Assembly (NCBI RefSeq): GCF_033153115.1
Contig: NW_026889855.1
Coordinates: 62,001-126,000, forward strand
Origin: Saccostrea echinata
Lineage: Eukaryota
DNA: 64,000 nucleotides
Direction: 5' to 3'
The notes under the pieces were generated by a model. That model did not search any database and was not told where the DNA came from. It was given only the letters and a program-made list of their open reading frames with translations. The translations under genes were made by a program, and so were the position numbers. How positions within the stretch are numbered: position 1 is the first letter of the stretch; each line of letters starts with the position of its first letter. Shown piece after piece: positions 45,771 to 59,700 of this stretch.

Positions 45771-46839
45771 TCATTTCTTTATTATTATATCAATGAATAT
45801 TACTTAAAAATTTCCTTATAGAAATGTTTTCAGGCCATAATGTTTTACTTTATACATGATCCAGTGTTTGCTGGATTTGACATCCTGACTCATAAATAAG
45901 CTCATCATTGCTTTGCTTTCTTTAACCCCACCCCCACCTTAATTTCTGTATGTGTTTCTCACTTTCGACTTTAGATATTTCAAGAACTTAAATGTTTATC
46001 AAATTTTGAAGTCCTGTCAAACCAAAGCTTCAGGAAATTGTTCAAAAACTTCGATTTTGTAGAAATATTTGATGTTTTTTGATAAGCCCTGGTATGCATG
46101 TGGTTTTGCTTTCAAGAATCTTGTGACCATGTAGAGTTTACACGGGCACTTGCATGAAAAGTCACTGCCTTAGAAATTTATTTCAGTCGCACCAGAGTAC
46201 GCTCCATTTCATTCTGTGTGTGGCGTGAAAGCTAGGAAATGAAACCAATTCTGAAATATGGAACAAAACTTCTGTCCTGAACACCGAACATTGAATGAAA
46301 TTACACTGTAACAGCCAGTGTGTGAGGGTGTGTTTGAGGGTGTGTGTGTGTGTGTGTATGAGAGGGTGTGTGAAAAAAATGGTCTATCATAGATAATTCA
46401 AACTTGACCTGATATTATGTACATTACAACTAAAAATAATTCACACACCCTTCATTCATTTCACTTATTGTTCCTCCCTATTATTTAGATTATTGTTTCA
46501 GGAGCACGCATGCATTTTTTGATATTCATTTCCAATTTCTGCTACAATACAATTATTACCATGAGCACATAATCCTAGCTTATGCCTACTAGACAGTGTA
46601 GGCATTTGTAAGATATATTGTTATTGAAATTGTAATATTTCAGATGTTTGATAAGTTTAGATTTTTCAACACAGACCTCTGCATTCCAAATAAACGGGGA
46701 AAAGAAAAGCATGATTATGCAAATGTTTCGTTAACGAATGTTCTAAAGGCATCTTTTCTAAAAATGTGGGTAGCCCTGAAAAGGGCTTTTTTAAATTTTT
46801 TTTTAAGCGTAGACAGTCTGCCTGGAATGCGAAGACTGC

Positions 46840-47436
46840 TTATTTCTTGGCGGCTGCTTTCTTGGGAGTCTTTGTTTTCTTGGCCGCTGCCTTCTTGGGG
46901 GTCTTGGCCTTCTTGGGTTTGGCTGCTGCCTTCTTTGGAGACTTGGTGGCTGCCTTTTTCTTGGGGGACTTGGCTTTCTTGGGTCCGGCTGGTTTCTTGG
47001 CTGCTGCCTTCTTCTTTGGAGTCTTGGCCTTCTTCTCTCCCGCAGGCTTCTTGGGCTTGGCGGCGGCCTTCTTGGGCTTGGCTGCCTTGGGTTTTGCTAC
47101 CTTTTTGGCTCTAGGCTTCTTATCGGTCTTGGGTTTGTCTCCAAGTTTGAAGGAGCCACTAGCGCCTGTGCCCTTTGCTTGCTTCAGAGCACCTTTCTTA
47201 ACTCCGCTCTTCAGGGCCATTTTCAGGTGGGCGTTGATAGAGTTAACATCGTTGCCCACTTTGTAGTTGGCCATGATGTACTTGAGAATGGCCTGTCGAG
47301 ATGAGCCACCACGTTCTTTCAGAGATGCAACAGCAGCGCTAATCATGTCGATGTACTTGGGATGTGCAGCAGGTACCTTAGGCTTTGCGGCCTTCTTCTT
47401 GGCTGGGGACTTTGCTGGAGGAGCAGTATCGGCCAT
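46840..47436 (-). CDS. H1: Histone H1 (unit 4)
   Basis: Protein identical to unit 1. Confidence 0.98.
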   Translation of the reverse strand: MADTAPPAKSPAKKKAAKPKVPAAHPKYIDMISAAVASLKERGGSSRQAILKYIMANYKVGNDVNSINAHLKMALKSGVKKGALKQAKGTGASGSFKLGDKPKTDKKPRAKKVAKPKAAKPKKAAAKPKKPAGEKKAKTPKKKAAAKKPAGPKKAKSPKKKAATKSPKKAAAKPKKAKTPKKAAAKKTKTPKKAAAKK

Positions 47437-50228
47437 GGCTACTGACGAGTGTAAAAACGTCGGCTTACTTCTCAGGAACTGTGAACAGTGAAATACTCGG
47501 GTCACACGCACTTGCTGTTTTTGTTTACACTGAGCGCGGACCGCCTAGAAAACATCCAGTTTGTCGAGACGTTTGTGTTTTGTTCATGGATGTGTGTTTC
47601 AATATGGGTATTTGCATCCGCGCTGCAGCTCAAGGAATGAACTTCACCACATATCATGAGCAGAATCCCAACCTCTACATTTCTCTCTATCATTCTATCT
47701 ACTTACATTTTAAGATCGTTCTTACTGTAGTGTTTAAATTCAGGAAAATAAGCCTCCAAACTCTCATGTTTGAATTTCGGGGTAGGATTAAAGCTAAAAA
47801 TTTGGCTTCAAAGGACAAAATTCAGGGATGATTTCTTTTATTTTTTTATTAGACACATTAAAGAATGCCATTTGGATCTCCCCGTCTTATAAATATCATC
47901 AGTTTGCCCTCCAATTCACAAAGACTGTGTACTGTGTCACACCTGCCTATTTAGACATGCGGTATAGACGACTGATAGACAATATGGGAATTACTTTTTC
48001 TTAAATTACTAATTTCCGTTATTATTGTTGTTATTTTCTTTAATTATATTCTTTATTTTCTTTTCGTGCTTGTGCGTTATGCTGACACGTTTTCGCATTT
48101 CCCAAGTGCATAACGTGTAATTAATTTGATACTTTTCATACTCAAGCTATTTATTTTGCAGGACACATTGTTATATTTCAGGAAGTTGTAAGAACTTGTT
48201 TCCAATCAATAAAAAAAAATATTTAAAACTAAATGAAGCATAATTTCCAGGCATATCTATAAACCCGTCGAAAAGCGTCGAAACACAAAATTTTTCACAA
48301 TGTCATCTGCGTCGCTGATATTTTACCTTTAAAAAAAAAAAAAATCATGCTGTTAAAATCACTCCCCGAAAATCACAAACTAACACCTTAAGATTTTGCT
48401 CTTACACGTACGAATACTGTACCTGTATTAAATGGCGCTGTGTATCCAAATAATTTATACAATAAATGGCCATAATATAAGTGAGTCCTAATTTTATTTT
48501 TACACTATTAATTTCAATGATAAGAAATTATTGTGAGGTAAAATTAAGCCCGATTACCATGATTCAGAATTGTTCAAAATTTCTTTTGAAGTTTTCCGAT
48601 TTTCCTACTACTATGCATAATATCTTTGTTTCCCCTAACCCGACCCTAAAATCTCATGTTGGGTAGGTAGGTTGGTAAATGGTTTTTTTTTTCTGACAGC
48701 AGCTTTGAAATACATTCTGAAATTTAATTGAATAATACCTTTATGAATAAGAAAAGTACAAAAGAAAGAGATTTTTAAACAGTATATCACACTGATGCAA
48801 TCTCAAAAGCAAATTTTAAGGTAAATGAGTTCGCAACAATTATTTAATAGATCTTGTGAAATATCTCGTGGCATGCAGTGTAAATTTGCTGAAATCGAAT
48901 ATTTCCAAATGGACAAAATTCTCAAATACTCATCGATCTGATTTTTCAAACCTACTACCAGTTTCCAGTGCTTACACAGAGAAATACTCTTTCAAGGGTC
49001 TTGCGTGGCACAGTGGTTCTAGATCATTTCGCTAAAGAGTCACGAATTTAAGTAGGAAGGTAATTCTAAATCACAGATTCAAACCCCAATGCGGGACGTA
49101 GTGACTGGTCCTTCAAATGAGACTGTAAAAACCCATAGGTCCAGTGGTAGATGCTTTCACGAATTAAAAAAGATCCCTTGCTGCTCAATTGCCATAAGTG
49201 CCGAGTACAAGTCAAAATTTGGAGCCCTCCATCATGCAGGCAAATATTACATGTTGTAGTCCCAACAATTCTCAAAGGGATTTAAAGCAAACAAACAACC
49301 AATCTTCACGGGCATAATTAAAGAAAAATACACTGGGCGTCTCAGCAAGCTGTACCATAAACCAGTTTTAAAGATTTCAAAACTTTTTGGAAAGAGTATT
49401 TCAACAATATTTAATTGAATCAAACTATATCTAAAAATGATAAAAATGCCACATCGAATGCTTTAGTCACGAAATTTAACCCATTCATTTAAAGAATTCA
49501 GAATTAAGAAACAAAGTTTGAGTTATATTTATCTGGATGAAATATGCAGACATATTTACAATTGTGAAATTGATTGATGTGTACACAGATACTTTTGTAA
49601 AATACCAGCGAAACACTCTTGATTGAAGTATTATTATTAACGAAGTATTTCAAGAGTGTAGGATTCTAATAAATTAAAGATATAGATGTATAATAAGGAT
49701 GATACGTCGCCGTTGTTTTATAAAACGAAATAACCCTCTGTGACCACATGTTAGAACATTTTGTTTCAAACAAGCGCTTGAAAATCATAGTAGAACAAAA
49801 TCAATCGTTCTGATAAAACCGCATTTTGATGAAATTGTATTTAATAAAGTTGATAAACAATTAAAAATATATATATATATTTGAATAATCTTATTTAAAA
49901 AACTTTTCAGTCGGCGCAATTTAATTGGGTCGGTCGCGTTAGGGGAAACAAAGCTATTTTTTATTTTGGCCTAATATGTGTATATTTTACAACGTATATA
50001 TTTTTCATTTATTTTTGTTAAACCTGACATATATATCTATAGGTGTTTCAATATTGAATTGGTATTAAGGTAAGGAAGTAATTTATTTATTTTCAGCGAC
50101 ATGTGTACATCACTTGTTTTTTCACAAACAGTAAAAAAAAAAAAAAAAAAAGTACATGAAAATATACGTAATATTTGAATATATGCATTTTGTAAGTATA
50201 CACCTGTGTGCTAAGATTAGCAGTGTCT

Positions 50229-50268
<40 letters not shown>

Positions 50269-50942
50269 GAAGATGTATATGACACCGAGATACATGTACA
50301 TTTTACAATTAGCATTCTTACTTTCTCCATTTGATTAAAACACGTGTTTTCAAAAAACTTTGAGCGGTATTTAGAGTACAAATTAAGCACAGTGCTATAA
50401 AAAAGGAATTTCGTCTTCTATACCATTTCTTACCAGAATTTGTTTTAAAATAAACACAAGTTTGAGTAGGACCTAACAATAATAATATGTGGATTTTTGA
50501 TTGAACCATATTGAAATGTTGTATGGTACATAACACGTGTCACTCTAATAAATCATTTGCTTAGTTACTATATACCTTTGATCACTGAAAACATTTCATC
50601 GTGACTAACATTTCTACCATGATTTCTTAACAAATTTGTGCCGTAAAAATTTCCGTTTTGCATTTGTTGCATGTGCAGTGATCATGTCACGCTTACAGAA
50701 AATAGTTTTGAAATTATGTGCCACAAAACTCAATTATGATTTTCACTTATGGCCTGGCACTGTATATATACGTGAAATTACTTGTAGGGAAAATGTGATA
50801 TCTTGGCACGTATATTTTCATTTATTGAACATGCATTTCGTTTCTTATATTAACTACAGTATGCTCTTAGAGGCATCTTTTCGAAAAATTTGGGTGGCCG
50901 TGAAAACGGCCGTTTGGTATATTTGAAAGTCGTACAGACTTT

Positions 50943-51344
<402 letters not shown>

Positions 51345-52258
51345 TTATACTAAAGTGCAACGATTTTACATGCTGGAAAAAAATGCACATTTGGGAAAAA
51401 GTATTTCAAAGTAGCTAAATCTGTATATTTGGCAAATCCATAGGAAGCAATTTCATTTGGGGGAAGGGGGCACAACCTAAGAGAAATTATTAGGGCACGG
51501 TGAAATCAAGAGATCTACATAGCTTGGGAGAAAACAGCTGTGTCATACAGAGACCGTAGCAATTATACACAGGCTGTAATTCTTTCCGATACACTTTCTT
51601 TCATGACATAAAAAAATCACAAGCAAAATCAGTGAAACTGGCACTATTTGCGTCGTCAATGAAAATAGCGGCAAATTAGTACCAATTATAAACTAGATGC
51701 AAATTTATTTGTCACACTCAAACCACAGACCTTTGGATATCAAATTCGACTGCCAAGATTGCTTTTGTCAATGGAATTAAAATGATCTAAAAGCATATGA
51801 CTCAAACATGCACCCTGTTCAAGAACGTGGATTTAAAATCATCTATATAATATATTATTTAGGGAAAAAGAGTACAAATTATTTTCCAATAGAACTCTAT
51901 ACAAAAATTTTGCCCTCTCAGTACTCTACTAATTCAACATCAGAGAAATCCTTGGCATTATTTGAAACTTTATTATAAGCACTTACGAAAAAGCCCGGAA
52001 AAAATATGGGATTGCAGTTGTTTTCAACTTATAGCGATCGGCAGTAAATAACACTCTGCCAAAAAATATCAACCCCCACTCCTACAATCTCCTCTAGTAT
52101 TTCTATATTTTCTATAATATTCCTACACTCCATCATTTATTTCAAACATTGATAATTACATACCCGAATTCAAACAATCGGGTAACACAGACTATTAAGT
52201 ACTCTATACCATAACAAACAAAGCCATGTGAACATCCGGAGATTTGGTACTCTCATTG

Positions 52259-52630
52259 CAGGCACGTACATGTGTAGCAACGGGGGGGGGGGGGGTTGCC
52301 CCCTTTTTTCCAAAGACTTTTTTAAAAAAATATTTGAAATGTTAATTGAAAGGTCGGTTGGCCACCCACTTTTTGCTGTAGAATAGTAAAATAAGGGATT
52401 TGTAGTAGTGTATGAATAAAATTTGGTACTGGAAGAAGCTGGACCCCCCCCCCCCCCCCACACACACACACACACACGAAATAGGATTTTCGAATTCGGC
52501 CAATTTTCCTTTTTTTTTTTTTTTTTAATTTTTTTCCCTTGCTTGTCAAGTTTTTTTTCAGGAGGTAAGTTGATTTTTTTTCTCTGACTGTCCCCCCCTC
52601 CCCACTTTCAAGAACGATGCTACGTCCCTG
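52259..52630. mobile_element. Short hAT-like MITE relic with G/C homopolymer tracts
   Basis: Left CAGGCACGTA(CATGTGTA)GCAACG versus right CGATGCTACGTCCCTG (imperfect TIR, CAG...CTG ends); no recognisable TSD. Confidence 0.5.
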
Positions 52631-54644
52631 GTGATTCCATAACATTTTCATCCCTTCTACTTTCCAGATTTCCTTGGCAACTGACAGCGTGTCTTAGTTT
52701 CGCATTTATAGTGGCGCCTACATTTTTCTCACCAAGCACTCGGTTACTACACTGCTCATGCATTCCATAATTATTCTATTCGATTTTCTACATAAATAGT
52801 CATATAAAACAGGGGATATCTCAGTTTTTAGAGAAATTTGACCGGGTCTTTAGTACGAAACTATAAAGGTGACTGACTCTTTCAAATAAAGTAAGATCGG
52901 GCTCGATAGTTTTGAAATTCGGAATGGCGGTGTACCAGTGAAAACTGTCGCTAGTACTCAGAGTCGCTCTAAAAATAGAAATCCCAAGCGGTAGCCTTGC
53001 AATTCGTCACTCCTATAATTATACCCAAAGATAGTTATAACCACGTAATATAGATGTTATTGGTGTTTAAAATGAAACATTTTGAAGCAAAAAAAGTTAT
53101 AACACTCTTGAACAATTCTGTATTATTCAATATTTACTTCAAAAATCCTGAAAATAAGTGTATGGTCATTTCTTAATTGACATCGCGATCGGCATGTGGG
53201 CTTCGTTTATCTTCATCTCTTACGTGAGAAGTTGGACGATTTGACCAATTAAATTAAATATTAAGACAGTTTATAACTTCTTATTGAAAAAAGGCAACAA
53301 CAGAATCGTACGAGGAATTATATTTTGAATCGTCGAGATCGGCATCCAACTTTTATTAGGCAGTAGGCAACCGCATACGAATCCGGAATCGGCATGTATT
53401 ATGATTTGTAAAGTCGATTTATTGTAAGTAAGACAGTGTTTTAAAAGATAAAATAAGAATAATTACCTTTTTTTATTAGCGACAAGTTAATTGTAAGCAC
53501 GAATAAATTTAAATCTTGATCACACAAGTCTAATGCTAATTCGAAACAAAGTTGTGACGCGAATTTCCTCTATTGTGTTTACAATACTGAAAAGCACTGA
53601 CCTTTTTTCATATAATTTAGGACTACTGGTGATTTTTTCTAAATAGGTGATAAGTGTTTATTAAATTAAAATTATCTGCAATTAATTATGAATTAAAAGC
53701 AGTTTTTCATCATATTTTGTGGTTATAGAAGGATTCCCTTTGACCAATTTTCATTAATATATCCTATATCAGTATCTACATGTATGATAACTAATGATGA
53801 ATCATTAGATGACCACTTTGTACAAGTATAATAATAACTATCCAACAAAGTTATGTATGTAAGTTGATAATATGTGTTTCAACTGAATTAACTTTACATT
53901 TCTAAGTAGTCATCATGTCTATAGATATCTGGTTTTGTTCAGTTATGATATATGCATGGGAGACATTCAGTAAACTAAATAAGTAGATACAATGTCAGTG
54001 AATTATTGTTAGGGTGGGGATGGGGAGTTTAATCTTCTTTACAGTCAATTATTAAACTTCAGTCTGGGGTTTATGAACCTCATGGTCCACACTGAATATA
54101 TAAACTAAGGAAATAATAAATAACCAGATAATATGTTGTAAAATCAGCTTGCACATGCACTGCAATGCTGGACAAGTCACCCCTAAGACAGCTCTCCTGT
54201 AGAACAATTCACATTGACAATCACCTTTGATTCAAAAAACTTGGCCACTGTTTGGACAATTTGCCACCTTCTCGAAGACAACTGGATCGCTTTGTAGCTA
54301 TTTTATGCTACACTTAAAGCAAAATAGATTACATCATTTTATTGTGATTCATGAATGACCTTCTTTTCATTCTGAAGTTATATGTCAAGACTACATACTA
54401 TGAATAATGGATTTGATGAACATTTGATATCCAGACCAATATTGTTTATTTAAAACAGCTTAATTTAACAAAGCGACATTTTGATTGTAAAATTTCTGTT
54501 AGAAACATGGTGCTTAAGATGATAATTTATTACAACCAATGTCTTAAAAGTAGAAATCAAAGGCAGGAAAAAAAAGTAAAAGAAAGGGCACAAAATGAAT
54601 ACAGATACAATAGATAAATCCTCCCTGAAAATGTAAAATGTTAA

Positions 54645-55646
54645 AGGACTTATCGCATGATCTTTCAAAAATCGTAATTTTATGAAAAATATTATCTATA
54701 ACCTTATTTATTAAAATACTGAATACAATAAACGTTGTTGAAAGCATATTTTAAGAGATATGGAGAGTTGAAATTCAAATACGGCAATATGCATATTTCA
54801 GTCGGATTTCGCCGAAATACTGCTCTGACGTCATAGGCGACAATTCGGTGATAGAGAGATGAGAATATGCACACTATTTACGGAGTTATCAACGACAAAT
54901 GCAGCTTAATTACGAAAAATGCTGAAAAAATTAATTCCTTATATGCTTTTCAATTACTATCGAACATTAATTTGTTCTAAGGTATAAGGCTTTTAAGATA
55001 TTTTCGTTTTTTATTCAAAACATTTAGAACCTGTAGCTCTAATTACAGCAATGTTTCGAGATCGGGAAATTATTTTTCAAGATCGCCATCCTTTAAAAAA
55101 CATATGAAGACTTGCATAGATTAATGTTATATACAAAACGAAGAATAACAAAGTTATATAATGTTTAATTTGTGAATCAAATAAGTTAATACATGTGATA
55201 AGATGACAAATCAAATTGCATTGTTATGGCGAGTTTCTTCGTCTTCGCTGCGTCTCCCTCGCTATCGTCGCTGCTATTTTTACAAAGTTAACAGATTTTT
55301 CAGATTTTTTCTTGCTGACAATTCTAACATATAAGATTGAATATTTAATTTATATCGATAAAATAAGTGATTTGGTCTCCACAACGCAGAAAATTCAGGT
55401 TGTATCGCGTATATTTTAGTAAGATTAATGAAGAGCTGATCAGCCATTGTCGCCTTTGACGTCACAGGGTCACGTGATCGCTATCTAATTAACTTAGATT
55501 TTTAATTCAGGGGTTTTCATTTGAGTCAATAATTGGTTAATTACCGCGATTTATCCACAGTAAAAACACAGAATTTATAAATTGTGGTCATAAGGAACGT
55601 AATACGCTTTTAATTTCAAATAATTTAGAAACATGCGATAAGTCCT
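54645..55646. mobile_element. Kolobok-like non-autonomous DNA transposon, 1002 bp
   Basis: Perfect 15-bp TIR AGGACTTATCGCATG / CATGCGATAAGTCCT flanked on both sides by TTAA (54641-54644, 55647-55650). Confidence 0.85.
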
Positions 55647-56205
55647 TTAATAATTAAATGGTTCGATGTAGTCTCTTCTCCCATAAATTGTTAACTCTGA
55701 TGCACTTAATCAAACTGATGATGGGAGTCATTATCCAGTAGTTTAACTGTAGTGTTATTCCTAATAATAATTAAATTACTTTTTTTTTCACAACATTCGT
55801 TTGTATTCTTAGTACCTGTATTTAAGATAACAGGGGTATATTGATTAAAAGGAGATTATCTTTATGAGGTAGTAACATTTTTGAAAATTCTCTCCTCATG
55901 TCAATCCCTACTTTAGATGAATTTTATATCAGACTGATATTTAAAGATAGAGAATTTTGTCCAATTAGGAATTGAACACCTTAATTAATTAAAGCACCTT
56001 ATGTCTTAGAGTTGAAGTAATAGACCTCTGATGATCTGGTGTCCCTTCCATGGGGAGTCTCTGACTCTATGATCCTCATCTGCTTAGCACAAAAGAAACT
56101 GGTTATGAATCACCAGCCCTATGTCAGTCCCTTACCTTGGAAAAATTTAAACTGTTGAAAACATCCAAAAGAATATTTTTACATTAATCTACTAGTAGAA
56201 ATATT

Positions 56206-56320
56206 TGTGGAGGTCAGGTGGGTTCGATAGCTCAGTTGGTAAAGCTTCTGACTGGAGATTCAGGGGGCCCGGGTTTGAATCCCTGTCTGGTCTGTCCGAT
56301 TTTTCTCCTTTCCTGTTACA
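56206..56320 (+). mobile_element. Solo mini-LTR (115 bp) containing a tRNA-like sequence
   Basis: TG...TGTTACA ends, TATT on both flanks (4-bp TSD), internal A-box TAGCTCAGTTGG and B-box GGTTTGAATCC. Confidence 0.65.
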
Positions 56321-56513
56321 TATTTAAGAAAAAAAATATATCAAGAAATAGCAGAGCCACAATTAGTCATATTGATTTGCAAACATCATCAGGTACCAGT
56401 AGTATGGATTCAACTCTATTCAGATCATGCCTGGGATGGTAGGTGCATATGAAAGATCTCATAGAGGAATATACAGGAAAATTCAGGATTTTTTTTTTTT
56501 AAAATATGCTTAT

Positions 56514-56648
56514 CATATTGGGTGCCAAATGTAACAGGTGGTGAAAAATCAAGTTTCAAGAGGGACTCAACCCAGGGTCTTTGGCATACATGTACCGTGG
56601 CTCTAACCACTGAGCAAGTGAGACCCCATATATTGACCGACTTTCACA
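56514..56648 (-). mobile_element. Second tRNA-containing mini-LTR followed by a PBS-like sequence
   Basis: Minus strand TGTGAAAG...TTGCTCAGTGG...GGTTGAGTCCC...CCTGTTACA then TTTGGCACCCAATATG, resembling the tRNA-Lys PBS TGGCGCCCAACGTG. Confidence 0.6.
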
Positions 56649-56694
56649 CATCTTTTAAACCAAGACATCATTAACATCAGGACTAGAAGTGATA

Positions 56695-56940
56695 TTAAAT
56701 AATATGCAAGCATCCTCAAGTAGTACAGTTTGAATATATCTCCAGGGTAGAGTTGGAGTGGCAATATTCTTGAAGAATAAAAGCTTTATTTAGGAATATG
56801 TCGGAAAAATCTTCTCTCGAACTGAAAAGCAGGCCATGATAAGTGGTAACAATATGAGAGCATTCTCAGACAATGCAGATTCAAATTTTTTTTCAAATTA
56901 TGGCCCATGGGGATTGTAGGGCTACAATAAGGGATCATTC
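56695..56940 (+). repeat. Degenerate oyster-type ~166-bp satellite fragments (Cg170/HindIII-like)
   Basis: Two diverged copies of the AGCAT(C/T)CTCA motif plus AAAAATCTTCT; family recognised from memory only. Confidence 0.4.
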
Positions 56941-56984
56941 ATCTAATGTGAAGATAGGGTATGAAGTAATGAGGTAAAGGATAA

Positions 56985-57720
56985 TTAGGGCCCCACTCTG
57001 CGGGTGCCCTAAAGTGATCAGTCTGTCCGTCCGTCCGCCTGTCCGTCCGAGATCTCTTGTCCGGAGCATATCTTCTCTCTCCTTGGCCCAATCTGACTCA
57101 TACTTCACCCACAGAGTGTCTTTGGGTAAAGGGTGTGCATTGACCTTGAACCATGTTTCTAGGTCTAAGGTCAAGGTCATAGCAGAACTATATGAAAAAT
57201 CCTTGCCCAGAGCATATCTTCTCTGCTCTTGGTCCAATACGGCTCATACTTCACTCACAGAGTGCCACTGGTCAATGAATATGCAGTGACCTTGAATGAA
57301 GTTTTTAGGTCAAGGGTCAAGGTCAAAAATAGCCTCTCTGTTTAGATCCTTGTCTGGAGCATATCTTCTCTATCCTTGGCCCAATCTGGCTCATACTTCA
57401 CCCACAGAATGTCTTTGGGTAAAGGGTGTGCAGTGACCTTGAACCATGTTTCAGGTTTAAGGTTAAGGTCATAGCAGAATTATATGAAAAGTCCTTGTCC
57501 AGAGCATAACTTCTCTCCCCTTGGTCCAATGTGGCTCATACTTCACTCACAGAGTGCCACTTGTCAGTGGATGTGGATGTGCAGTGACCTTGAACAAAGT
57601 TTCTAGGTCAAGGGTCAACTTCAAAAATAGCCTCTCTGTTTAAAATCTTTGTTCGGTGCATAATTTCTTTCCCTTAAGTCCAGTCAGCCTCAAACCTTAC
57701 CAATTGACTTAGGGTACTGA
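56985..57720 (+). mobile_element. Helentron/HINE-type non-autonomous element with (GTCC)n microsatellite and ~146-bp tandem core
   Basis: Short 5' hairpin (AGGGC...GCCCT), GTCC repeats 57020-57050, GAGCATA recurring at 57064, 57210, 57357, 57502. Confidence 0.7.
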
Positions 57721-57829
57721 TCATTTGTGATTTTCCTTCCATATTTCTGATAGAGGATATGCAACAATTTTCACAGAGGATATGCAGCATTCATGATTTT
57801 TGTCCCTTTTTTTTGATGGAAGGTGTTGA

Positions 57830-58300
57830 GCACTACCAGATGAGTGACTAGGTTAAAGTTTTTGGAGCAGTTTCTTTCTAAAGTGACTATAAGCCCTATG
57901 CTAACCAACTTTGCACTGAAGATACATTTATTGATGCACACTACCAGAGTTGCTTCAGATGCTGAATTTGACCTACATTTTCCAGATGAGTAATTAGGTT
58001 AAAGTTTATTTAGCAGGTCCATTACCAAAAAACTATAAGGCCTATCTGAACTTAACTTGCATGGGTGATGCATCAAGGGATGAACACCCTCAAACTTGCT
58101 TCAGATGCTGGATTTGACTTACATTTTCTGGATGAGTGACTTGTTTAAAGTTTATAGATTAGTCCATTCCTAAGTAACTAAAAGCCCTGTCAGACCAAAA
58201 TTGCATAAATGTTGCATCTAGGGATGCACACTTGTCTACTAGATAATTAGTTTCAAGTGTGGGACTTTGCATTACTTGAAGACAAAATTCGTTGAGTTAA
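57830..58300 (+). repeat. Diverged 146-bp tandem repeat (~3 copies), probably another Helentron-type core
   Basis: GATGAGT...TTAAAGTTT recurs at 57839, 57985, 58131. Confidence 0.7.
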
Positions 58301-59177
58301 GCTCTGTAATCTTTGATTACCCATGTATAACAATAATTACATAAATATGAAATTGTATACAAAAATGCAGACTTGCATCAACACAGCAGAAAGTGTAAAT
58401 CTATTTGTTCCATGCGAGTATTGATCTAAGCCATGAAGTTTCAATAAGTTCAGTTGCATGGACATGCAAAGAGCACTTTGATAAGTGCCAAATTATTTCT
58501 GTCCAGTTACATTTGTTACTGAATTCAATGTAAGTAGACTGCCTTAACCATCTCTGATCAAGCAGGTGTTATCTATATCTCTCAGGAATTGGAAAGAGGA
58601 ATTAAAGATAGTGTTTCTCAATTACAATTTATAGTATCTGCCATTTAAAATCCATACTTCTAGATGACCATTCCCCAGATCTTGTTTTCAAATTGAATTT
58701 GGTGTAAAATTATTAAATCAATTTGCTATTGTATGAAATATTTTAATTAATTTTTTTTTTTTCGTATTTCAACAACCACAGTGCAGAATGTCTGTCTCAC
58801 TGAGATAAAAGATGGTTGCAATTAAGTTTTCACTCTAAAAAACATGCTGATTAGTATTTAGATATTTTAATAGGCTATGTGTGGCAGAGTTCAGCATTCA
58901 TCAAACATAAAATGCAATTTAAGAAGATGAGCGAGCAAAATGCCGATGGTGTGACAAATACGAAGGTGAAAAATTAAATCTCAATTATAACAAAATTCTC
59001 CTTGATATTTCATCAAACATTAACATATACTATGTAAAATCTCCAAAATTTACAGAAAATCTCACAAAGATTGTAATTATTTGTCTAGAAGTAGCATACA
59101 CATACCATAGAGGGCAAAAATGCTGATCATTTCTTCATACTCTAACATAATTTTTTCATATGAGTGGGTCTTCACTC

Positions 59178-59225
59178 CTTTATAGCTCACCTGAGCTTAA
59201 GGATCAAGTGAGCTTTTCTGATCTA
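59178..59225 (+). mobile_element. 5' end fragment of an oyster HINE/Helitron-N element
   Basis: TAGCTCACCTGAGCTTAAGGATCAAGTGAGCTTTTCTGATC, hairpin AGCTCAC...GTGAGCT. Confidence 0.55.
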
Positions 59226-59229
59226 AGAG

Positions 59230-59443
59230 TGTTTGGTGTCTGTTTGTTGTTTAACGTCCCTCTTGAGAATTTCTCACTCATATTGAGAAGCCACCACTTG
59301 CTGATGGAGGGCTGCAAATTTATACCTATACTAGGCACTCAGGACCATTGAGCATGGAGGGATCTTATTCATGCCAACACCTACTGTGACACGGGACCTC
59401 GGTTTATATGGTCTCTTCCGAAGGACTGGTCTCCACATCCCGC
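59230..59443 (-). mobile_element. SINE, 5'-truncated, same family as the one in the histone spacer
   Basis: Reverse complement aligns by eye with 10855-11071 (GGTCCCGTGTCACAGTAGG...AAGATCCCTCCATGCTCAATGG...AAATTTGCAGCCCTCCATCA...(CAAA)n). Confidence 0.75.
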
Positions 59444-59490
59444 GTGGTGGTTAACGTGTTAGTCTTAATAAAAACAATTTAAATTGGTGT

Positions 59491-59700
59491 CCCAGCAGGT
59501 ATTTCAACGTTGAACCAACGTTGAATTTTGGTTGCATATGAAAGTTGAGGCAATGTTGAGACCTCAACCGTTGTTTCAACGTCAAATATCAACGTGGAAT
59601 AGACGTTGAAAATGGTTTGAACTTAGGTTGATTTATGGTTGAATTTGCTTGCAGATGAAAGTTGAGACAATTTTACTCAGAACCAGATTCGAGCCAGATT
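59491..59700 (+). mobile_element. Left end of a second CCCAG-type (CACTA-related) element; right end not in window
   Basis: CCCAGCAGGTATTTCAACGTTG followed by clustered CAACGTTG / GTTGA subterminal motifs. Confidence 0.55.

Noticed and set aside
56219-56295. Functional tRNA gene
   Set aside because: Acceptor stem does not pair well, the T-loop is mutated and it sits inside an LTR-like unit with a TSD.
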